A stretch of DNA of 64,000 nt, from NCBI GenBank assembly GCA_963798845.1, contig CAWCUS010000004.1, positions 320,001-384,000 of the forward strand, in the 5' to 3' direction. Positions 1 through 9,499 of the stretch are shown here, piece by piece. Each line of letters starts with the position of its first letter. Position 1 is the stretch's first letter. The stretch comes from an uncultured Gemmatimonadales bacterium. GTDB lineage: Bacteria > Gemmatimonadota > Gemmatimonadetes > Longimicrobiales > RSA9. The notes under the pieces are model-generated. The model ran no database searches. It saw only the letters and a program-made list of their open reading frames with translations, and was not told where the DNA came from. The position numbers and the translations under genes are program-made.

Positions 1-293
1 ACCTCGAACACCTCGGCGATATGGCTCTCGAAGGCGGGGCCCGTCGGAGGCTGAAGCTCATAGCGCGTCAGGGCGCACGCCTGCTGGCCCTCCACGATCA
101 CGCTCCTGACCTCCAGCGCGCGCACCATCGCGTAGAAGCGCCCGATCCTCTCCAGACTGGACTGCTTTCCCGCCACGCGCTTGACCGGATCGGTGAAGTT
201 GGTGAAACGCAGATCATCGGACAGGAGATCCTCCCACCGCTCTTTCGTTTTCACCCGGTCGAGAAACTCGAGCACCACGTCCCTTGTCGTCAT
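1..293 (-). CDS. SnoaL-like / NTF2-family protein (runs off window edge)
   Basis: Not in ORF track. Manual translation from ATG 293: MTTRDVVLEFLDRVKTKERWEDLLSDDLRFTNFTDPVKRVAGKQSSLERIGRFYAMVRALEVRSVIVEGQQACALTRYEL...; GGAGAGGGAG RBS upstream; pattern typical of the SnoaL fold. Confidence 0.7.
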   Translation of the reverse strand, partial: MTTRDVVLEFLDRVKTKERWEDLLSDDLRFTNFTDPVKRVAGKQSSLERIGRFYAMVRALEVRSVIVEGQQACALTRYELQPPTGPAFESHIAEVFE

Positions 294-404
294 GAAGCTC
301 CCTCTCCTGGTGTTGCCAGAGGTCTGCACGCCGCCGCCAAACCCGGTCCGGATGCGTTGCGGCGGATCCACTGCTGACCTGCTGGCCGCTGCACCACCCG
401 TACC

Positions 405-540
405 TGCACTGCTCCAGCGCGGCCCCCAGCGCATCCCGGGCGAAATCCTCCGCCAGCCCCACGTCGCCGACGAAGCGAGCGACCCGGGCGATCACCCGGG
501 CCGACTCGATCGGCCAGAAGCATCATGAATCGCAATGGCT
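405..540 (-). pseudogene. Truncated N-terminus of an ECF42-like sigma factor, preceded by a duplicated DGPF/YciI start
   Basis: FWPIESARVIARVARFVGDVGLAEDFARDALGAALEQ resembles the region-2 start of ECF sigmas found next to DGPF proteins; similarity stops abruptly after ALEQ. Confidence 0.65.
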
Positions 541-551
541 TCGCCTTTGGT

Positions 552-914
552 TCACGCCATGTCTTCCAGCGGGCGGATCTCGGAGATGCCCTCGAATCCC
601 GGCCAGTGGCGCCGGTGGAGGTCCATGAACTCCCTGGCGAGCTGTACCGCCTCCTCCATGGTCTCCGTCTCGCACAGCGCGTAGCCTCCCACCACTTCCT
701 TGGCCTCGGCGAACGGGCCATCCGTCACACTGATCTCGCCGTCCGCGAGCCGGACCTGCGCACCCCTGGCCAGGGGCTGGAGCCCGGCGCCGTCCAGGAA
801 GACCCCCTTCTGCGCGGTCTTCTCGATGAACTCGCCCATGGCACCGAACAGGGCCTTCGGGGTGTCGGCCGGGTCGTAGTCCGCCGGGTGCTTGATGAAC
901 ATCATGAATCGCAT
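552..914 (-). CDS. YciI / DGPF-domain protein
   Basis: MRFMMFIK... with VTDGPFAEAKEVVGGY motif and terminal EIRPL; AAGGAAGG RBS. Confidence 0.9.
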   Translation of the reverse strand: MRFMMFIKHPADYDPADTPKALFGAMGEFIEKTAQKGVFLDGAGLQPLARGAQVRLADGEISVTDGPFAEAKEVVGGYALCETETMEEAVQLAREFMDLHRRHWPGFEGISEIRPLEDMA

Positions 915-973
915 GGCTCCGCCTTCCTTCCTCCGGGTCGCGGGCCGGGTTCCTCCCGGCCCTCTACTGTAGC

Positions 974-1000
974 GTCGCACGAGCATAGCGGAAATCGACA
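974..1000 (-). promoter_or_regulatory. Putative ECF42-type promoter (TGTCGA-N17-CGAC)
   Basis: Minus strand reads TGTCGA tttccgctatgctcgtg CGAC about 60 nt upstream of the DGPF gene; resembles the ECF42 target motif. Confidence 0.55.
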
Positions 1001-1216
1001 TCGGGCCGCACAGGGCGCGGCCCTTGCCGCAGGCGCTGACTGGTCCTCGTCGTCGGCAACCGGCGCCCTGGGAGCGGCGGACCGGCAAGCACGGTGGGGA
1101 GTGCTCGAGGGACTGGATCGGAGGCCATGCGACTCACCCGCCAGGCGCCTCCACATCCCCATCCGGAGCGCCCGGATCCTGGCTCGCCACGCGCGGCCGG
1201 GGCATATTGGACCTCC

Positions 1217-3883
1217 ATGCCCGACCTGTCTTCCCGCCTATCCGCTGCCCTGGCCGAGCGCTACCGCATCGAGCGCAAGATCGGCGAAGGGGGTATGGCG
1301 ACGGTCTTCCTGGCCGAAGACCTCAAGCATCACCGGAAGGTCGCGCTCAAGGTCCTCCGGCCGGAGCTGGCGGCGGTCGTGGGCGCGGAGCGCTTCCTGG
1401 CGGAGATCCGCACCACCGCGAACCTCCAGCATCCGCACATCCTCCCGCTCTTCGACTCCGGCGAGGCCGACTCCTTCCTCTTCTTCGCAATGCCCTACGT
1501 GGACGGGGAGGCGCTCCGCCACCGCCTGGAAAAGGAGAAGCATCTGCCGATCGCGGATGCGCTGCGCATCGCGAAGGGTGTGGCCTCGGCCCTGGACTAT
1601 GCCCACCGGCGCGGCGTCGTCCACCGGGACATCAAGCCGGAGAACATCCTGCTCCACGACGGCCAGCCGCTGGTGGCGGATTTCGGCATCGCCCTCGCCC
1701 TGAGCACTGCTGGCGGCTCGCGCGTGACCGAGACGGGACTGAGCGTGGGGACGCCGACGTACATGAGCCCCGAGCAGGCCATGGGCGAGCGAGAGATCGA
1801 CCCCCGGTCCGACATCTACTCGCTGGGCTGCGTGATCTACGAGATGCTGACCGGCGACCCGCCCTTCACGGGCTCCACCGCGCAGGCCGTCGCCGCCCGC
1901 GTCCTCACGGAGGCGCCCCGCCCCCTCTCCACCCAGCGGCACACCATTCCCGCGCACGTGGAGGCCGCGGTGCTGGTGGCGCTCGAGAAGCTGCCGGCGG
2001 ACCGCTTTCCCACCGCGCACGCCTTCGCCGAGGCGCTCGACGGTCCGGCGACGGCGATGCCCCTCGCCATGCGCAGGGCCTCCCGCGTCTGGCCGGGAAC
2101 CGGATGGAAGACCACGCTCCGGAACCCGGTGGTGTGGGTGCTGGCCCTCATCGCGATCCTGGCGGTGGCGGTCGCGTACCGCGGGTGGATCACCGCACGG
2201 GACGGGCGGTCGGATGCCACAGTGCGCTTCACCGTCGACCTTCCTCCCGCGTTCCAGCCCGCGCTCTACGAGCCTCACGGGCCGGCTGTCGCCATCTCGC
2301 CCGACGGGTCCATGGTGGCGTTCCCCGTGGTCGATCCCCACGGACGGCGGCGGATCTTCGTTCGCCGCCTCGACGAGGCGACGGCGAGGCCTCTTCCGGG
2401 GACCGACGGGGGGACCATGCCGGCCTTTTCGGCGGACGGCGCCGTCCTCCTGTTCCAGTCGGCGGGACGGCTCCAGAAGGTGGCGCTCGCCGGGGGCACC
2501 CCTCAGATCCTCGGCGAATACGGATTCGTCCAGTCGGTGACGTGGCCCGCCGGTGGAGACATCATCTACGCGGCCGGGTCGCTCCAGCGACTCAGGCGCG
2601 TATCGCCTTCAGGAGGGGAGCCGCGTCCGGCGGGCGCGCTGGACAGCCTGCGGGGAGAGACTGCGCAGTATTTCCCCGTCGCCCTTCCCGACGGAGAGCA
2701 CGTGCTCTACCAGAGCCGGGGCCGTGGTGCGACCGAGGACGCGCGCATCGGCCTTCTCGACCTGGCCACCGGGCAGGCCCGGCGCCTGGACGTGGCGGGC
2801 ACCTATCCGCTGGGCATGCTGGGGCGCCGCCTGATCTACACGGACCAGGCGGGCACGGTGTTCGCCGTGCCGCTCGACCTCGCATCGGGAAGCGTGAAGG
2901 GCGAACCCGTTCAGGTGGCCAGCGGCGTGGCGACGCTGGACCGGGGTTCGGCCGTGGCGGCGCTCTCGGCCACGGGGACGCTGGCGTACATGGCCGGGAA
3001 CCAGGGAGCGACGGTCGTCCTGGCGAACGCCGAGCGATCGGAGCCGCTCTTCTCGGAAGTCCGCCCGTACTCGTTCCCCCGGTATTCCCCGGACGGAAGA
3101 CGGGTGGCCCTCACCATCACTTCGGGCACCTCGTCCGACATCTGGCTGGGCGACGTCGGATCCGGCACGCTGAAACGTCTCACCAGCGGCGGCACCGTGA
3201 ACGAGCGCCCCGAGTGGTCTCCCGATGGGACCCGCGTCCTCTTCCGCAGGGTGGTCGGCGAGCGTTCTGCCCTGTGGTGGCAGCGCGCGGACGGGACGGG
3301 CCCGGCGTCGCCCCTCGTGGCCGACGCCCGGGCGGACTACTTCGAGGGCGTCATCACTCCCGACGGTCGTGATCTCGTGTACCAGGTGGATACGACGGGG
3401 GGCGACGTCATGGTTCGCGGGCTCGACGGCGACCTCGCTCCCCGTCCGATCGCGAACAGGCGGGCCAACGAGGACCAGGCGCGGGTCTCCCCCGACGGGC
3501 GGTGGGTGGCCTACGTGACGGAGGAGAGCGGCGGCCCCCAGGTGGTGGTGCAGCCGCTCTCGGATCGGGCAGCCAGAGTGCAGGTCTCCACCCGCGGCGG
3601 CACTGAGCCGGTATGGGCGCGCGACGGGCGCCGTCTCTTCTACCGGACCGAGGGCGAGTTCCGGGTGGCGGAAGTGTCCCCCACGCCTACGTTCCACGTC
3701 GTTTCCCGGGCCGACTTCATGGACGACACCTTCCTCCCCTACCCGAACCCCCACGCCAACTACGACGTTGCGCCGGACGGAACCGAGCTCCTGGTGCTGA
3801 AGGGTGAGCCGCAAGCGCTCATCGTGGTGCACGACTGGAAGGCGGAGGTCGACGCCAGACTGCGGCAGGAGAAGGAGCGGTGA
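1217..3883 (+). CDS. Ser/Thr protein kinase with TM segment and C-terminal TolB/PD40 beta-propeller
   Basis: GEGGMATV, VALK, HRDIKPEN, DFG, GTPTYMSPE motifs; hydrophobic segment VVWVLALIAILAVAVAY; repeated SPDG motifs. Confidence 0.92.
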   Translation: MPDLSSRLSAALAERYRIERKIGEGGMATVFLAEDLKHHRKVALKVLRPELAAVVGAERFLAEIRTTANLQHPHILPLFDSGEADSFLFFAMPYVDGEALRHRLEKEKHLPIADALRIAKGVASALDYAHRRGVVHRDIKPENILLHDGQPLVADFGIALALSTAGGSRVTETGLSVGTPTYMSPEQAMGEREIDPRSDIYSLGCVIYEMLTGDPPFTGSTAQAVAARVLTEAPRPLSTQRHTIPAHVEAAVLVALEKLPADRFPTAHAFAEALDGPATAMPLAMRRASRVWPGTGWKTTLRNPVVWVLALIAILAVAVAYRGWITARDGRSDATVRFTVDLPPAFQPALYEPHGPAVAISPDGSMVAFPVVDPHGRRRIFVRRLDEATARPLPGTDGGTMPAFSADGAVLLFQSAGRLQKVALAGGTPQILGEYGFVQSVTWPAGGDIIYAAGSLQRLRRVSPSGGEPRPAGALDSLRGETAQYFPVALPDGEHVLYQSRGRGATEDARIGLLDLATGQARRLDVAGTYPLGMLGRRLIYTDQAGTVFAVPLDLASGSVKGEPVQVASGVATLDRGSAVAALSATGTLAYMAGNQGATVVLANAERSEPLFSEVRPYSFPRYSPDGRRVALTITSGTSSDIWLGDVGSGTLKRLTSGGTVNERPEWSPDGTRVLFRRVVGERSALWWQRADGTGPASPLVADARADYFEGVITPDGRDLVYQVDTTGGDVMVRGLDGDLAPRPIANRRANEDQARVSPDGRWVAYVTEESGGPQVVVQPLSDRAARVQVSTRGGTEPVWARDGRRLFYRTEGEFRVAEVSPTPTFHVVSRADFMDDTFLPYPNPHANYDVAPDGTELLVLKGEPQALIVVHDWKAEVDARLRQEKER

Positions 3884-4000
3884 CCGGGTCGCCGCAAGGC
3901 TGAGTGGTCCGCCCCGGGACCGTCGCCTGCCGCCGCCGCCGGATCATCGTGACCATCGGGTTCGCGGCGGTGGCCATGGCCCGCCGATCGACGGCTGCGA

Positions 4001-4993
4001 TCACCCCATCCCGCCCGGACGCCCGGAGCCGTACGACCCGGCGTCTTCGGGCGGCGGTACCCGGGACGCGTCCCGCCTCGAGCCTGCCTCGTCCGCCGAC
4101 GGCACCGGGCGTCGGCACCAGCCGAGGAGGACGAACGTGGCCGGCGCGACCAGCAGGGCCCACACCCCCGCCACGGTGGCCAGTACCAGGCTCAGGACGT
4201 ACGAGTCCGTCAGCTGGTCGCCCGCGGCGAGGGCGGCAATGCCCACGCCGCCGGTGAGCAGCATCGCGACCCTGCGACCCGGCGACTGCTCCCCTGGCTC
4301 GTACCTCACGAAGCGGTACTCCAGCGGGAGCGCGATGGCGAAGCCGGCGACGAGCCCGCCGGCGCGCCAGCGGTAGGGGTCCTCTCCGAAGAAGAGGAAC
4401 GGGCCGGCGATCACGAAGGCGAGCGCGAGCATGGCGGCGCCCGCGAACAGCGCGAACGGTCGCGCGGTCAGCCACGCTCGAACCGGGGGCCAGATCCACT
4501 GCACCAGGACGACGGCCACGGCCGCGAGCAGGACGGCGCCCACCACATCGCCCACGTAGTGGACGCCGAGATACAGCCGGCTGGTGCCGACCAGGACGGC
4601 GACGGCCGCGGGGATCGCCCACGAGACCCGGCCCTGGACGGCCAGCCAGCTCCACAGCGCCGTGGCCGTGGAAACGTGCCCGCTCGGGAATGACGAGACA
4701 CTGACGTGCTCGTACCTCACCAGACCCGGGGCATCGGGACGCGGCATGCTCACGAGCTGATTGAGGGCCATCTTCAACCCGCCCTCGACGACCACCACCG
4801 CCAGCAGCCCGTAGGCCACCCGGCGGCCCCACATCCAGAGGGCGATGCCGACGGCCAGGATGATCCCCCAGTCGATCCCAAGCAGCGAGAGCGCGATCCA
4901 GGGCTCCGGCCAGCCGAGGCCGAACAAGCGCTGCAGCGCGATGATCGGCCCCGGGTCGAACAGGATGGGGATCTGGGTCACGTCTCCGGTCAC
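4001..4993 (-). CDS. PAP2-family membrane phosphatase
   Basis: K-x6-RP-like KMALNQLVSMPRP, SFPSGH and SRLYLGVHY motifs; GTG start overlaps the upstream stop (GTGA). Confidence 0.85.
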   Translation of the reverse strand: MTGDVTQIPILFDPGPIIALQRLFGLGWPEPWIALSLLGIDWGIILAVGIALWMWGRRVAYGLLAVVVVEGGLKMALNQLVSMPRPDAPGLVRYEHVSVSSFPSGHVSTATALWSWLAVQGRVSWAIPAAVAVLVGTSRLYLGVHYVGDVVGAVLLAAVAVVLVQWIWPPVRAWLTARPFALFAGAAMLALAFVIAGPFLFFGEDPYRWRAGGLVAGFAIALPLEYRFVRYEPGEQSPGRRVAMLLTGGVGIAALAAGDQLTDSYVLSLVLATVAGVWALLVAPATFVLLGWCRRPVPSADEAGSRRDASRVPPPEDAGSYGSGRPGGMG

Positions 4994-5544
4994 GCAGTCG
5001 TGAGGAGCACGCCGGCCAGCAGCGTGGCGGCCCACAGCCAGGCGCTGCGGATGGAGGCGCGGGCGAGCGGCGCCCACTCGTCGTCGGGGGTGGGGCCCGG
5101 ATCGGCGACGGCCGGGGCCGCGGCGTCGCCCGCGTCGTCGTGTCCGCGCGTGGCAAACAGCCGGCCCACGTGCCGTTCCATCACGCGTCCGTTCGCGACC
5201 AGCACCCCGAGGAGGGTCATCTTCACCCAGAAGATCCAGGACGGGAGGAATCTCGGGACGTCCGAGAGGAGCAGGCCGATGCCGGCGAGCATGCCGAGGG
5301 CGAGGCTCGCGAGCACGAACCGGTGAGTCCGGCGCCAGTCACGGAGCGCGCGGATGCGCCGCGTCCGGGACGCTCGTCGGGCTCGAACGATCTTCCGGTC
5401 CGCGCCCAGGGCGAGGCCGGCGGCCGACACGACCGCGGCCAGGTGGCCGTACAGCGCCACGGCCTGTACGGCCGCGCTGCTCCCGTACAGCTCCGCCCAG
5501 GTTTCGACCCATCTCGCCACTGGGGTCACAGCGACCGTCACCAT
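4990..5544 (-). CDS. Hypothetical 4-TM membrane protein
   Basis: Hydrophobic helices, FWVKMTLLGVLVANG motif; coupled to the PAP2 gene. Confidence 0.7.
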   Translation of the reverse strand: MVTVAVTPVARWVETWAELYGSSAAVQAVALYGHLAAVVSAAGLALGADRKIVRARRASRTRRIRALRDWRRTHRFVLASLALGMLAGIGLLLSDVPRFLPSWIFWVKMTLLGVLVANGRVMERHVGRLFATRGHDDAGDAAAPAVADPGPTPDDEWAPLARASIRSAWLWAATLLAGVLLTTA

Positions 5545-5861
5545 GTAAGCCTAAAGAGCGCGGCTGACCGCGCTCAGCCCGCACGGATGCGCCAAAAGCG
5601 CTCTCGCGCGACGAAGCTAGCTGCCGCGCCCGACCCGCGCGACTTTCAATGGCGTGCACGGACGGGCTCGTGTGCGGGCTCGACGCGCCCGGTGAACGGC
5701 CCGAGCACCGAGGGGCCGCGGCCCGTGTGCGCGGCTACCAAACTCTCGCCGAACCCTCCGGGGCAAGTCCGGACTTTCCTCCCCCGACGCGCCGTGGACC
5801 CGTACTTGCACCCGGCTCCCCCAGTTGCACAAGTGCCGCTTCCCGATACAGAGAGGGAACC

Positions 5862-6119
5862 ATGAACATCATCTGGTGGATCGTCGTTGGCCTCGTCGCC
5901 GGTGCCCTGGCCAAGTGGATCATGCCCGGCGACGACCCGGGCGGGATCATCATCACCATCCTGCTCGGCATCGCCGGCGCGTTGCTCGGCGGCTGGATCT
6001 TCACCCTGCTCGGGATCGGCGGCGGGATCGTCGTCACGATCGTGGGCGCCGTCATCGGCGCGCTGATCCTGCTCTGGCTGTACCGGATGTTCACGGGCCG
6101 GCGGCACAGTACGGCCTGA
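5862..6119 (+). CDS. GlsB/YeaQ/YmgE family (transglycosylase-associated) membrane protein
   Basis: MNIIWWIVVGLVAGALAKWIMPG...GIAGALLGG...GAVIGALILL; GAGAGGG RBS. Confidence 0.9.
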   Translation: MNIIWWIVVGLVAGALAKWIMPGDDPGGIIITILLGIAGALLGGWIFTLLGIGGGIVVTIVGAVIGALILLWLYRMFTGRRHSTA

Positions 6120-6432
6120 CGCCGCAGCGCGGGGGTACCCTCCCGCGCGGGATCCGGCGGGGTGTTCCTCCTCGAGCGCCGGGCCGAGGAGGAACGCCTG
6201 GCCGTGGCTGGCCCCGCTCTTCATCACCCGGCGGGACGACAGAGCTGTGGCCAGGTCCGGAGCCACGGCCCCGCAGATCGCCGCCGAGGTGGCCGTGACC
6301 CAGGAGGTCACGACCTGGGCTGAAGTTCCGGACGATCCGGACGAAAGCACTGGCGGCCGTTGATCGGGCACCAGCCTCGCTCGACGACCGAGCGGACTTG
6401 ATTTCGCCACTCCGTCCCGAGAAGCTTCGGAC

Positions 6433-6753
6433 ATGGGCGTCTTCGAGTTCGTCATCATCCTGGTCGCGATCGGCACCCTCGGGAAGGCCGCCGTGGCAGT
6501 CGGCGGGCCGCTCCTGGACCAAACGGGCGAATACCTGCGTGCGTCCGCCGCAGAGCGGCGGGCGCGGCGCGAGAGGCTCGAATCCGGCGCGACGCTTTCT
6601 CCCGACACCGTCGAGGAGCTGGAGCGGCGGCTGACCCGCATCGAGGATCGGCTCGACTTCCTCGAGGAGCTGCGGGCTCCGACGGAGCGGAAGGCGCTTC
6701 ACGGCTCTCCTGCGCACCCGGCTGCCGGCGAGCGAGACGGCCCGGCGGCGTAG
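6433..6753 (+). CDS. Small hypothetical protein (N-terminal TM plus coiled coil)
   Basis: MGVFEFVIILVAIG..., ELERRLTRIEDRLDFLEEL coiled coil. Confidence 0.7.
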   Translation: MGVFEFVIILVAIGTLGKAAVAVGGPLLDQTGEYLRASAAERRARRERLESGATLSPDTVEELERRLTRIEDRLDFLEELRAPTERKALHGSPAHPAAGERDGPAA

Positions 6754-7086
6754 AGCCCGGGTGCCGTCGGCGCGGCCGCGCCGATGATGCCGCCGCTCGC
6801 GGGTTCGCTGGCCACCTTCGTCGGGACCTACCTGATCGCGGACTTCGTGGGGTGAACACCTGCACGCCACCGGCCGCTTCCGTCGGGTCCAGTTCCGCGA
6901 CCCTCCCGCCGGGTGTCCGGTTCCAGACGGCATCGTACCGGGAGCGGACAGCACGCGCGCGGCGGGGGACCATTCTCAGCGCCGGAATTCCGCGTGCCGG
7001 AGCGCTCGGCGAGGCGTCCGGCCGATCGGGCACGCGTCTTCCCTACGGAAGCGCGGCTGAAGCCCGGGACATGCCGAGGAGGACCG

Positions 7087-9471
7087 ATGGGGAGACTGGC
7101 CGATGTGGCGCAGGCGCTCCGGACGCTGCGCCGGCGCCCGGGTCAGAGCGCGGTGGTCGTGCTGATCCTGGCGCTCGGGATCACATCGACGGTGGCGGTC
7201 TACAGCATCGTTTCCGCGGTGGTGCTGCGGCCGCTCCCGTTCGCTTCGCCGGAAGCGCTGGTGCGCGTGCGGCAGACCGACCCGGACAACGGCATCGCGC
7301 TCTTCCAGGGCGCCTCCGGGCCCAGCTTCCAGGACTGGCAGCGCGAGTCCACCACGCTCGTGTCCATGGGGGCGTACTCGGGACCCGGCGGCTCGATCCT
7401 CGCCGCCGCGGGCGAGCCCCGGCGCGTGCAGCGTACCAGCGTGACCGGCGACTTCTTCGGCACGCTCGGCCTGACGCCCGCTCTCGGGCGGCTCCTCCGG
7501 CCCGGAGACACGGAAGCCGGCGCCCCGCGGGTGGCGGTTCTCTCGTCCGGCTTCTGGCAGCGTGAGCTGGGCGGCGCCCCGGACGTGCTGGGCCGCAACC
7601 TGGTGCTGGACGGCGAGTCGTACGAAGTGGTGGGCGTGGCGCGGCCCGGCGGGACGTATCCCGAGGGCACCGCCGTGTGGACGGCCATCCCGGCGGACGC
7701 CGAGTACTTCACGGTCCGCTACGCGCACATCCTCGGCGTGGTGGGGCGGCTCGCGCCCGGCGCGACGGCGGCCACGGCTGAGGACGAGCTGGACGGGATC
7801 CTGGCCGAGGTGCCCGGCTACACGCCCCGCTCGCGTGTGACCGGTCTGAAGGCCGAGATGGTCGGCGACGTCCGCACGCCCATGCTGGCGCTGCTCGGCG
7901 CGGTGGTGTTCGTGCTGCTGGTCGCGGCGGCGAACGCGGGCAACCTGCTGCTGGCGTGGTCGGCCAGGCGGGGAAGGGAGCTGGCGATCCGGAGCGCGCT
8001 CGGGGCGGGGCGTCGCCGGCTGGCGGCGCAGCTCGTCGCCGAGAGCACGCTGCTCGCCCTCGCCGCCGGGCTGCTCGGCACCCTCCTGGCCGCCTGGCTC
8101 CTCGACGCACTCGTGGCGCTCGCCCCCGGCGACCTGCCCCGCGGCGCCGACATCCGCATCGACGCCGCCGTCCTCGCCTTCGCCCTTGCCGTCTCCCTCC
8201 TCACCGGCGTGCTCACCGGCCTGATCCCGGCGCTCCGCGTCCTCGCCCGCGGCCCCGGCGACGGGCTGCGCGACGGGGATGCCAGGGCCGGGAGCCGCTC
8301 CGGCCGGCGGGTGGTCGGCGGGTTCGTCGTCGCCGAAGTCGCGCTCAGCGTCATGCTTCTCTCGGGCGCCGGCCTCCTGGTGCGGAGCTTCCTGCGCATC
8401 ACGGCCGTGGACCCGGGCTTCCGGGCCGAGCACGTGACCACGTTCGAGTTCGCGCTCCCCGGTTACGAGTACGGCGAGCCGTGGCAGCTGCGACGCTTCG
8501 GCGACGGGCTGCTGGAGCGCGTGCGCGCGCTGCCCGGCGTGGAGGGCGCGGCGGTGGGGCAGAACCTCCCGGTGGCCGGATCGAGCATGATCACGCCCGC
8601 GCTGGTGGAGGGGCGGGCCACGGACAACGCGCCGCGCGTGCAGGTGGTCTCCGTTTCAGACGACTACTTCCGCACCATGGGGATGCAGGTCGTGGCCGGA
8701 CGCGCGTTCACGTCCGGCGACGACGGCGGTGCGCCCCCCGTCGCCATGGTGGACGAGGCGTTCGCCCGTCTCTACTTCGACGGCGACGACCCCGTCGGCC
8801 GGCGCGCCCGCACCTACTTCGGCGAGCCGGTCATGCGGGACATCGTGGGCGTGGTGGCGTCGGCCGCCCACGAGTCGCTCACCGAGCCGCCGCAGCCCAC
8901 GTTCTACTACCCGGCCGCCCAGATGCCGCCGGCTTCCGGGCGCCTGGTGGTGCGTTCGACGCTCGCCACCCCCGCGCTGGTGGCCGCGGTCCAGGCGGCC
9001 AGGCGCGAAGTGGACGCCACCGTCCCGTTCGGCGACATCGCCACCATGGAGCAGCTGCTCCAGCGCACCACTGCGGCGCCCCGCTTCTATGCCACCACGG
9101 TGGCCGCGTTCGCGCTTCTCGCCCTCGTCCTCGCCGTCGCCGGGTTCGTCGCCGTCCTGTCCCAGGTGGTCACCCGGCGCCGCCGCGAGATGGGCGTGCG
9201 CCTCGCCGTCGGCGCCCGCCCCGCCGAGCTGGTCGGCCTCGTCGTCGGCTACGGCATGCGACTCACGGCCCTCGGACTCGCCCTGGGCCTCGCCGGCGCA
9301 CTCGCCGTCGGACGGCTCCTCGCCGGACTCCTCTTCGGCGTCGGGCCGGCCGACCCGCTGGTGCTCGGCGGCGTGGCCGCGCTCCTCGCCGGCGTGGCGC
9401 TGCTCGCCGCGTGGGCCCCCGCCCGGCGGGCCGCCGGCACGGACCCCATGGCCGCGCTGCGGGCGGAATGA
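7087..9471 (+). CDS. ADOP-type duplicated ABC permease (MacB_PCD/FtsX x2)
   Basis: LALGITSTVAVYSIV, RELAIRSALGAGR, REMGVRLAVGA, terminal DPMAALRAE; GAGGAGG RBS. Confidence 0.92.
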   Translation: MGRLADVAQALRTLRRRPGQSAVVVLILALGITSTVAVYSIVSAVVLRPLPFASPEALVRVRQTDPDNGIALFQGASGPSFQDWQRESTTLVSMGAYSGPGGSILAAAGEPRRVQRTSVTGDFFGTLGLTPALGRLLRPGDTEAGAPRVAVLSSGFWQRELGGAPDVLGRNLVLDGESYEVVGVARPGGTYPEGTAVWTAIPADAEYFTVRYAHILGVVGRLAPGATAATAEDELDGILAEVPGYTPRSRVTGLKAEMVGDVRTPMLALLGAVVFVLLVAAANAGNLLLAWSARRGRELAIRSALGAGRRRLAAQLVAESTLLALAAGLLGTLLAAWLLDALVALAPGDLPRGADIRIDAAVLAFALAVSLLTGVLTGLIPALRVLARGPGDGLRDGDARAGSRSGRRVVGGFVVAEVALSVMLLSGAGLLVRSFLRITAVDPGFRAEHVTTFEFALPGYEYGEPWQLRRFGDGLLERVRALPGVEGAAVGQNLPVAGSSMITPALVEGRATDNAPRVQVVSVSDDYFRTMGMQVVAGRAFTSGDDGGAPPVAMVDEAFARLYFDGDDPVGRRARTYFGEPVMRDIVGVVASAAHESLTEPPQPTFYYPAAQMPPASGRLVVRSTLATPALVAAVQAARREVDATVPFGDIATMEQLLQRTTAAPRFYATTVAAFALLALVLAVAGFVAVLSQVVTRRRREMGVRLAVGARPAELVGLVVGYGMRLTALGLALGLAGALAVGRLLAGLLFGVGPADPLVLGGVAALLAGVALLAAWAPARRAAGTDPMAALRAE

Positions 9472-9499
9472 CGCCCTTCCGCCGGGCGCTGCGGCCGGC

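Noticed and set aside
5806..5830. TTGCAC direct repeat / possible sigma-54 promoter before the GlsB-family gene
   Set aside because: GG-GC spacing is 11 rather than 10 nt, and the repeat is too short to be significant.
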